DNA from: an uncultured Arcobacteraceae bacterium
GTDB taxonomy: Bacteria; Campylobacterota; Campylobacteria; Campylobacterales; Arcobacteraceae
Assembly: GCA_964022095.1 (NCBI GenBank)
Contig: CAXHZO010000004.1
Location: forward strand, 32,001-96,000
Length of the DNA stretch: 64,000 bases
Reading direction: 5' to 3'
Shown here: positions 41,855-49,223 of the stretch, piece after piece
How the letters are laid out: every line of letters starts with the position of its first letter
Position numbering within the stretch: the first letter of the stretch is position 1
Program-made: the position numbers and the translations under genes
The notes under the pieces: model-generated
Databases searched by the model: none
What the model was told of the DNA's origin: nothing
Seen by the model: only the letters and a program-made list of their open reading frames with translations

Positions 41855-42916
41855 ATGATTTGGTTTGATTTAGTTACTCCTAAATCTGTTTTATTTTTTA
41901 TACCTATTATAAAAGAAATAGAAAACAGAGGTAAAAAGGTTTTAATAACTGCACGAGAAGGAAATGGCTATTCCGAAGTTGTGGAATTATTAAAGTTATA
42001 TAATATAGATTTTGTTAATAGAGGAGAATTTGGAGGTGCTTGTTTAAAAGACAAGCTTTATGCTTCAATTGAGCGTCAAAAAGCCTTGATGGAGTTTGTT
42101 ACTTTATATGAAATCGATAGATTAGTTTGTTTATGTTCTGTTGATGCAAATAGGGTTGCATTTGGTTTAGGCATTCCTGTAATAAACTTTTACGATATTC
42201 CCTTATCTGATCATAAAACTAATTTTAAAAAAGCATTACCTCAAGCGCGATTAACTTTACCTCTTGCTAGTAAAGTATTTAAGCCGTTTGTTGTTCCTGA
42301 TGAAATATTCTTAAGATTTTCATTGGATGAAGAGCAGATCTTTGAGTATAATTTTATTGATCCTTTAATTTGGTTAAAAGATTTTAAGCCGGATTATTCT
42401 TATGTAGAAGAGATACTAAAACCTTATAATTTGGATCTTTCAAAGAAACTTATTGTAATTAGAGAAGAAGAGTATAAGTCTTCATATGTTGATAAAAAGT
42501 ATCCTATTCTTTATGAAGTTTTAGAAGAAATAAATAATAAAACTAATTCAAATATCATAATTATTCCACGATATGAAAGTGAATATTTAAAACAAGAATT
42601 CCCTTTTACTACAGTATTAGAAGAGAAGGTAGTTATTCAACATTTATTAGCCTATGCCGATTTATTCATTGGTGGAGGTGGAACTTTAAATACAGAAGCA
42701 TGTTTCTTTAAAACACCTACGATTTCAACTAGAAGTTTTATTTGTCATTATGATAAATATCAAATTGATAATGAATTAATGTATTGGGTTGATACAAAAG
42801 ATGAATTATTAAAAAGAGTATATACTTTGCTTGAAAAAACAAAAAAACAAGAAAAGAGTGTATTTGATAACATGAGTATTGATTTATCCAAAATAGTTGA
42901 TAGCATTTTAAGTTAA
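41855..42916 (+). CDS. DUF354-family protein (GT-B-like fold)
   Basis: MIWFDL, ITAR, RVAFGLGIP, DLFIGGGGTLNTEA. Confidence 0.75.
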   Translation: MIWFDLVTPKSVLFFIPIIKEIENRGKKVLITAREGNGYSEVVELLKLYNIDFVNRGEFGGACLKDKLYASIERQKALMEFVTLYEIDRLVCLCSVDANRVAFGLGIPVINFYDIPLSDHKTNFKKALPQARLTLPLASKVFKPFVVPDEIFLRFSLDEEQIFEYNFIDPLIWLKDFKPDYSYVEEILKPYNLDLSKKLIVIREEEYKSSYVDKKYPILYEVLEEINNKTNSNIIIIPRYESEYLKQEFPFTTVLEEKVVIQHLLAYADLFIGGGGTLNTEACFFKTPTISTRSFICHYDKYQIDNELMYWVDTKDELLKRVYTLLEKTKKQEKSVFDNMSIDLSKIVDSILS

Positions 42917-42925
42917 AGGTATTAT

Positions 42926-44980
42926 ATGACAGAAAATAATGAACAACAATTACAAGAAGCACTAGTAAAAAACTTTTTTTCTAACTTAGAGTTTTTAAAA
43001 TCTAAGGATAATGAGTTATTTCAAAGAGTAGAAAATTTATCAAATGCAATAAATAGTGGACTCTATGAAGCACGATTTGAATTAGAGTTTTTATCACAAT
43101 ATGGTGAGTTTGATATTTTAGATTTAACTACAAATAAATATTTATATAATAAAAACTTAAAAAAGTTTAACCATAAAGTAATTAATTCTGTTAAATTTGA
43201 TAAAAGTTCTTCTTTTTCTATTTTAGTACCAGAAGTATATAGTTTAAATAAAGAATATGTGGATATTGATTTGGATTATGAAAGTTATGAAGAAATAGAG
43301 GGAATAATTTCAAATGATATTAAAGAATTCACAGATGTTTTAAAAGATGATACAACAAAAGAAAAAAGTTTTAAATATATTAATAAATTTGTTTTCTTAG
43401 GTACATTATTAGGCAGACATTTTTTTGAAATTAAGAAAAAGGTAAATGCTCAACATTATTTTATCTACGAATACAATTTAGAAATATTTAGATTGTCATT
43501 ATTTACAGTAAATTATCAAGAATTAGCACATGGATGTAATTTATCTTTTTCTATAATGGATAATGAAACTTTATTAATGAGAAAGATTCAATTATTTTTA
43601 GAAAATAATATGTATGAAAACTATAATATTAAATTTGCTACTACAAACTACAATGTTTCACATGGTATGCACTCATTTATTTCTACTTTATATAAAGTAA
43701 ATCCAGCGATTTTTGACTATACTCGAATTCTACATAATTTAGTTAGACTTTCTACTCAAAGAGTTAGTGATGTAAAAATGTTAATGCCAAATATAGAAAG
43801 TAATTTTGATTCATTAAAAAATAAACCTTTCTTATTTGTAGCTCCTGGCCCATCTTTATCAAAAGAGATTGAGTGGATAAAAGAAAATCAAAAAAAATTT
43901 GTAATTGTTTCAATTGGGGCTTCATATAATAAATTATTAGAATATGAAATAACACCTGATTTATTGAGTAATGTTGAGTCAAGTTATAAAGATTTAAAGA
44001 AGTTTCAATTTAAAGATTTAGATAAAAGTAGATTAGATAACACAGTAAAACTATTTTCAATAATCACTCCTCCTCAAATTAGTGATTTATTTGATGATAA
44101 AGATACTTTTTATTATGAAGTTAATTATTCTTTAAAAGATAAAAAAGATATTTATAAAGGTTATAGTGTCGGTGAAATCACTGTATCTTTATTACTTGAT
44201 TTGGGAATAAAAGATTTATATTTAATAGGAACAGATTTATCAGTTGATAAAGAGACTGGGAATAGTCATTTTGGATATAAAGATGGTGGAGAAATAAATC
44301 ATGATTTAAATAAAGATTATGATATTACAGAAAACTTATCAAACAATAAGACATCTTTTAAAGAAGATCTAATACCTGTTGAAGGAAACTTTGAAAAAGA
44401 GGTTTATACTACTAGAATATTTATGAATTCTATATTTTCATATGCTCAATCAATCCAACAATTTAAAAAAGAGAATCAAACTATCAAAAACCTTTCTATT
44501 TTTGGAGCAAAGTTGCATGGAACAATTCCTTTTAAAACAAGTGATATTAATTTAGAAGAGTATAATACTCTTAATAAAAAAGATTTAAAAGAAGAAGTTC
44601 TTAAATATTTAAATTCTATATCAGAATCTAAACTTACGGAAAAAGAAGCTATTAATCTTAAAAAAGAGATTTCTTATTTTAAAGATATTTTAGAAGAAAT
44701 AAGTAAATATCATGAGATAGAAGTAAAAAATTATTTTGAATTCTATGACATTATGACTGATGTTGAAAATAAAATAAAGCGTATAGGTTATCCCACTTTT
44801 TTAGATTTCCAAATGCAATCTTATTTCAAATTTATAAATACATATCTTTGTTATCATTTTAATGATAAAAAAGTTAAGAATGAAGTGAATAAATTAACAA
44901 AAATAAAAGAGATATGGCTTAAACAAGTAGAAAAATTAATCAATGAATATATAGAATATTTTGAGAGAATTAAAATATAA
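42926..44980 (+). CDS. maf: Motility-associated factor (Maf) flagellin glycosyltransferase
   Basis: N-terminal FFSNLEFL, FLGTLLGRH, central APGPSL, YLIGTDL; adjacent to flagellins. Confidence 0.88.
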   Translation: MTENNEQQLQEALVKNFFSNLEFLKSKDNELFQRVENLSNAINSGLYEARFELEFLSQYGEFDILDLTTNKYLYNKNLKKFNHKVINSVKFDKSSSFSILVPEVYSLNKEYVDIDLDYESYEEIEGIISNDIKEFTDVLKDDTTKEKSFKYINKFVFLGTLLGRHFFEIKKKVNAQHYFIYEYNLEIFRLSLFTVNYQELAHGCNLSFSIMDNETLLMRKIQLFLENNMYENYNIKFATTNYNVSHGMHSFISTLYKVNPAIFDYTRILHNLVRLSTQRVSDVKMLMPNIESNFDSLKNKPFLFVAPGPSLSKEIEWIKENQKKFVIVSIGASYNKLLEYEITPDLLSNVESSYKDLKKFQFKDLDKSRLDNTVKLFSIITPPQISDLFDDKDTFYYEVNYSLKDKKDIYKGYSVGEITVSLLLDLGIKDLYLIGTDLSVDKETGNSHFGYKDGGEINHDLNKDYDITENLSNNKTSFKEDLIPVEGNFEKEVYTTRIFMNSIFSYAQSIQQFKKENQTIKNLSIFGAKLHGTIPFKTSDINLEEYNTLNKKDLKEEVLKYLNSISESKLTEKEAINLKKEISYFKDILEEISKYHEIEVKNYFEFYDIMTDVENKIKRIGYPTFLDFQMQSYFKFINTYLCYHFNDKKVKNEVNKLTKIKEIWLKQVEKLINEYIEYFERIKI

Positions 44981-45007
44981 GACTAAGTCTAATTAACTTA
45001 GTCTTAT
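44977..45007. terminator. Bidirectional terminator between convergent maf and flagellin
   Basis: Perfect 12-bp inverted repeat ATAAGACTAAGT / ACTTAGTCTTAT. Confidence 0.75.
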
Positions 45008-45021
45008 GAAAAAATGATTGA

Positions 45022-45870
45022 TTATTGTAATAATCTTAAAACATTTTGTTGCGATGCATTTGCTTGAGAAATAGCATATGAACCAGCTTGTGAAATAATG
45101 TTTTGTTTGTTAAAGTTTGCACTTTCTTGTGCGTAATCAACATCTCTAATAATTGATTCAGCTGCTTTAACATTAGTAGCTTGAGTCATTAAGTTTCTAA
45201 CTGCAGATTCAACTTGATTTTGAGTAGAACCTATCTCAGATCTATTACTATTTAGTGTTGTAATAGCAGTATCAACAGTTGTTTGTGCAGTTCCAGCTAG
45301 TGAAACAGAAATACCACCTGCATCAACAGATGTTCTAATTGATGTTAATCCTAATCCAGTAACATTTGATGTAATAGCAGCCGTACTGATTGTATCAGTT
45401 GATTTTTCACCAATTTGGAATGATAAAGCCGTTGAAGCAGCACTTGAAGTGGCATTTTCTTGTAAAAGGTATGTACCATTATAGTTTGTTTGTGCAGCAA
45501 TATTATCTAATTGATCTAATAATTTAGAAACATCATCAGCAATAGCAGCTCTACCATCAGAAGATGTAGTAGAAGTATTAGCTTGAATTAATTTCGCTTT
45601 GATTGTATCAAGAATATTTGATTGCTCAGCCATTGATTTATCAGCGATTTGTAATAATGCAACAGCAGAGTTACCATTATCAACACCTTGGTTGATAGAA
45701 GTAGCTTGAGTTCTAAGTTTATCAGCAATTGCTAAACCTGATGCATCATCTGATGCTTTATTGATTTTTAAACCAGAAGATAATTTTTCTAAAGACGAAG
45801 AAACATTCGCATTAGTGTTTATTGCAGATTCTTGTGCATTTAATGATGACACATTTGTATTGATTCTCAT
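45022..45870 (-). CDS. Flagellin (copy 1)
   Basis: MRINTN, LEKLSSGLKINKASDDASGLAIA, IRDVDYAQE, VLRLLQ. Confidence 0.98.
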   Translation of the reverse strand: MRINTNVSSLNAQESAINTNANVSSSLEKLSSGLKINKASDDASGLAIADKLRTQATSINQGVDNGNSAVALLQIADKSMAEQSNILDTIKAKLIQANTSTTSSDGRAAIADDVSKLLDQLDNIAAQTNYNGTYLLQENATSSAASTALSFQIGEKSTDTISTAAITSNVTGLGLTSIRTSVDAGGISVSLAGTAQTTVDTAITTLNSNRSEIGSTQNQVESAVRNLMTQATNVKAAESIIRDVDYAQESANFNKQNIISQAGSYAISQANASQQNVLRLLQ

Positions 45871-45981
45871 AATAAATCCTTTTTAATTATGACACATTGT
45901 AAATCTATATTTACACCCTAAAACCTTCTTGTTTTACCAAGCATAGAGTAGTTAACTCTTCGGAATTCATTAATCCCTATA
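45871..45981 (-). ncRNA. Putative structured cis-regulatory 5' leader of flagellin 1
   Basis: 111-nt near-copy of 46890-47004; four predicted hairpins plus AAGGA RBS. Confidence 0.6.
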
Positions 45982-46009
45982 AAATAGTTTTGAGGATAAT
46001 AAAAATCTT

Positions 46010-46040
46010 TTTTAAAGAAGTAAAAAAAACTTCTTTAAAA
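46010..46040 (-). terminator. Hairpin immediately after the flagellin 2 stop codon
   Basis: 12-bp inverted repeat TTTTAAAGAAGT / ACTTCTTTAAAA. Confidence 0.6.
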
Positions 46041-46889
46041 CTATTGTAATAATCTTAAAACATTTTGTTGCGTTGCATTTGCTTGAGAAATAGCATATGA
46101 ACCAGCTTGTGAAATAATGTTTTGTTTGTTAAAGTTTGCACTTTCTTGTGCGTAATCAACATCTCTAATAATTGATTCAGCTGCTTTAACATTAGTAGCT
46201 TGAGTCATTAAGTTTCTAACTGCAGATTCAACTTGATTTTGAGTAGAACCTATCTCAGATCTATTACTATTTAGTGTTGTAATAGCAGTATCAACAGTTG
46301 TTTGTGCAGTTCCAGCTAGTGAAACAGAAATACCACCTGCATCAACAGATGTTCTAATTGATGTTAATCCTAATCCAGTAACATTTGATGTAATAGCAGC
46401 CGTACTGATTGTATCAGTTGATTTTTCACCAATTTGGAATGATAAAGCCGTTGAAGCAGCACTTGAAGTGGCATTTTCTTGTAAAAGGTATGTACCATTA
46501 TAGTTTGTTTGTGCAGCAATATTATCTAATTGATCTAATAATTTAGAAACATCATCAGCAATAGCAGCTCTACCATCAGAAGATGTAGTAGAAGTATTAG
46601 CTTGAATTAATTTCGCTTTGATTGTATCAAGAATATTTGATTGCTCAGCCATTGATTTATCAGCGATTTGTAATAATGCAACAGCAGAGTTACCATTATC
46701 AACACCTTGGTTGATAGAAGTAGCTTGAGTTCTAAGTTTATCAGCAATTGCTAAACCAGAAGCATCGTCTGACGCTTTATTAATTTTTAAACCAGAAGAT
46801 AATTTTTCTAAAGACGAAGTGATATTCGAATTAGTGTTTATTGCAGATTCTTGTGCATTTAATGATGACACATTTGTATTAATTCTCAT
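46041..46889 (-). CDS. Flagellin (copy 2)
   Basis: Same motifs as copy 1; differs by a few residues near the termini. Confidence 0.98.
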   Translation of the reverse strand: MRINTNVSSLNAQESAINTNSNITSSLEKLSSGLKINKASDDASGLAIADKLRTQATSINQGVDNGNSAVALLQIADKSMAEQSNILDTIKAKLIQANTSTTSSDGRAAIADDVSKLLDQLDNIAAQTNYNGTYLLQENATSSAASTALSFQIGEKSTDTISTAAITSNVTGLGLTSIRTSVDAGGISVSLAGTAQTTVDTAITTLNSNRSEIGSTQNQVESAVRNLMTQATNVKAAESIIRDVDYAQESANFNKQNIISQAGSYAISQANATQQNVLRLLQ

Positions 46890-47004
46890 AATAAATCCTT
46901 TTTATTTATGACACATTGTAAATCTATATTTACACCCTAAAACCTTCTTGCATCTTAATACAAGCATAGAGTAGTTAACCCTTCGGAATTTATTAATCCC
47001 TATA
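46890..47004 (-). ncRNA. Putative structured cis-regulatory 5' leader of flagellin 2
   Basis: 115-nt near-copy of 45871-45981 with a longer third hairpin. Confidence 0.6.
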
Positions 47005-47063
47005 TTTATAATAGAATTATTACACACCAATTCTTAAAATTAGATTAAAAATACTATATGCAT

Positions 47064-47100
47064 AAAAAAAAGTTAAGAATTTAATCTTAACTTTTTTTTT
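47064..47100 (-). terminator. Intrinsic terminator downstream of flagellin 3
   Basis: A8-GTTAAGA / TCTTAAC-T run; U-tract available on both strands. Confidence 0.75.
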
Positions 47101-47116
47101 TATATTTTAAAATTAT

Positions 47117-47965
47117 TTATTGAAGTAATCTAAGAACATTTTGTTGTACATTATTTGCTTGAGAAATAGCATATGAACCAGCTTGTGAAATAATGTTTTG
47201 TTTGTTAAAGTTTGCACTTTCTTGTGCGTAATCAACATCTCTAATAATTGATTCAGCTGCTTTAACATTAGTAGCTTGAGTCATTAAGTTTCTAACTGCA
47301 GATTCAACTTGATTTTGAGTAGAACCTATCTCAGATCTATTACTATTTAGTGTTGTAATAGCAGTATCAACAGTTGTTTGTGCAGTTCCAGCTAGTGAAA
47401 CAGAAATACCACCTGCATCAACAGATGTTCTAATTGATGTTAATCCTAATCCAGTAACATTTGATGTAATAGCAGCCGTACTGATTGTATCAGTTGATTT
47501 TTCACCAATTTGGAATGATAAAGCCGTTGAAGCAGCACTTGAAGTGGCATTTTCTTGTAAAAGGTATGTACCATTATAGTTTGTTTGTGCAGCAATATTA
47601 TCTAATTGATCTAATAATTTAGAAACATCATCAGCAATAGCAGCTCTACCATCAGAAGATGTAGTAGAAGTATTAGCTTGAATTAATTTCGCTTTGATTG
47701 TATCAAGAATATTTGATTGCTCAGCCATTGATTTATCAGCAATTTGTAATAATGCAACAGCAGAGTTCCCATTATCAACACCTTGGTTAATTGAAGAAGC
47801 TTGAGTTCTAAGTTTATCAGCAATTGCTAAACCAGAAGCATCATCTGATGCTTTATTGATTTTTAAACCTGAAGATAACTTCTCTAATGAATTTTGTAGA
47901 TTCTTATTAGTATTTACATTTGCTTCTTGTGCAGACAAAGAAGATATATTTGTGTTAATTTTCAT
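47117..47965 (-). CDS. Flagellin (copy 3, divergent N-terminus, no structured leader)
   Basis: MKINTNISSLSAQEANVNTNKNLQNSLEKLSSG; central region identical to copies 1 and 2. Confidence 0.98.
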   Translation of the reverse strand: MKINTNISSLSAQEANVNTNKNLQNSLEKLSSGLKINKASDDASGLAIADKLRTQASSINQGVDNGNSAVALLQIADKSMAEQSNILDTIKAKLIQANTSTTSSDGRAAIADDVSKLLDQLDNIAAQTNYNGTYLLQENATSSAASTALSFQIGEKSTDTISTAAITSNVTGLGLTSIRTSVDAGGISVSLAGTAQTTVDTAITTLNSNRSEIGSTQNQVESAVRNLMTQATNVKAAESIIRDVDYAQESANFNKQNIISQAGSYAISQANNVQQNVLRLLQ

Positions 47966-48046
47966 GATTTACCTTTTCATGTTTTATTTATGTATTTATT
48001 TTATCTAAAAATTATTAGATATTTCTTAAATTTTTCTTAATAATAA

Positions 48047-49168
48047 TTATTTTATTGATAAAATAACACCTGATTCTATATGTTTAGTATATGCGAACTG
48101 GTCAAATAGTGCAAAGCTATCGATTTTATGAGTTTTTGTTAACTCTAATAAATCTCTATGTAGCGTTTCTGGATTACATGAAACATAAATTATCTTTTTA
48201 AAATCTTTTGCTAAACTTCTTGTAGTGTCATCTAGCCCAGCACGTGGTGGGTCCATAAATATCATATCAAAATTATAGCTTTTTAAATCAATATCTTTTA
48301 GTCTTTTAAATTCTCTTTTTTGCGCCAATGCTTCACTAAATTCTTCTGCGCTCATTCTAATAAAATCTATACTATCATTTGAGTTTAGTTCACAGTTTCT
48401 TTTTGCAGATTTAATTGATGTTTTTGAAATTTCTGTTGCTAAAACTTTATTGAATTTTGTACTTAAAGGAATCGTAAAGTTACCTCCACCACAATAAAGC
48501 TCACATAGGTCATCTTCACTTTTTTCAATATTGTTTAAAACCCATTCAATCATTTGTATATTTACATTTGTATTTGGTTGAGTGAAACCACCTTCTTCAT
48601 ATGCAAATTTATACTTAGTATTGCAAATTTCTAACTCTTCATTGATAAAGTCTTCACTTAAAACAAGTTTTTGCTTTCTACTTCTACCAATAATTTTTAT
48701 ATTTAATAGTTTTTCAAGCTTTTTTGCTTTTTCTTCCCAATTAGATTCTAGTTTTTTATGATAAATCAATGTTACTAATAAATCATTTGTAGTTGAACCT
48801 AAAAATTCTACAGAAAATATTTTATATTTTAGAATATCATCTTTTGAAATTGCTTCTAATAATTTTGGCATAACTTGTGAAATATGAGAACTTACAATTT
48901 GGCAAGACTCTATTTCTAATGCATTTTTATCAAAATCATTCATTGCATATGAAATTGTAGGGTTCTGCTCATCATCAAAGTTTTTCCAGATTCTAAATTC
49001 TGCTCTATTTCTAAAGTTAGAATCAGCACTTTTTATAACATCAAAATTAATATTAGTTAGATCAGAAAATCTTTCTTTTTCTCTTTGTAATTTAAAATCA
49101 AGTTGTTCTTCATATGACTTATCAAAAAGTACACATGAACCACATTTCCCAAAATATTCACAATTCAT
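48047..49168 (-). CDS. trmA: tRNA (uracil-5-)-methyltransferase
   Basis: FRNRAEFRIW, FTQPN, ELYCGGGNFT, DPPRAG, YVSCNP, FDQFAYTKHIE; ATG 49168 (TTG 49171 also possible). Confidence 0.93.
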   Translation of the reverse strand: MNCEYFGKCGSCVLFDKSYEEQLDFKLQREKERFSDLTNINFDVIKSADSNFRNRAEFRIWKNFDDEQNPTISYAMNDFDKNALEIESCQIVSSHISQVMPKLLEAISKDDILKYKIFSVEFLGSTTNDLLVTLIYHKKLESNWEEKAKKLEKLLNIKIIGRSRKQKLVLSEDFINEELEICNTKYKFAYEEGGFTQPNTNVNIQMIEWVLNNIEKSEDDLCELYCGGGNFTIPLSTKFNKVLATEISKTSIKSAKRNCELNSNDSIDFIRMSAEEFSEALAQKREFKRLKDIDLKSYNFDMIFMDPPRAGLDDTTRSLAKDFKKIIYVSCNPETLHRDLLELTKTHKIDSFALFDQFAYTKHIESGVILSIK

Positions 49169-49195
49169 CAATAATCCTCTTTTATTTAATACGAT

Positions 49196-49217
49196 ATTAT
49201 ATTCAATTAACTATAAT
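49196..49217. promoter_or_regulatory. Back-to-back sigma70 -10 boxes for trmA (minus) and the helicase (plus)
   Basis: TATAAT on minus strand at 49196-49201 and on plus strand at 49212-49217. Confidence 0.55.
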
Positions 49218-49223
49218 ACGCTT

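Noticed and set aside
26414-44980. Phase-variable poly-G/C tracts, as in Campylobacter maf and glycosylation genes
   Set aside because: Longest G run seen is 5; A8-A9 runs (e.g. 39832-39840) are in frame and expected at this AT content
45918-45944. Leader peptide starting at the AUG between hairpins P2 and P3
   Set aside because: The 4-nt length difference in P3 puts the two copies in different frames (8 vs 21 codons), so it is not conserved
45871-47004. Flagellin leaders as c-di-GMP or another known riboswitch
   Set aside because: No GEMM-I features (GNRA tetraloop/receptor, GCAAA, ACGCAAA) or other aptamer consensus recognised by eye; an Rfam scan is still needed
45022-47965. Tandem ~1 kb repeats as a mobile element or CRISPR-like array
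   Set aside because: They are intact flagellin paralogues; no transposase, terminal repeats or repeat-spacer pattern
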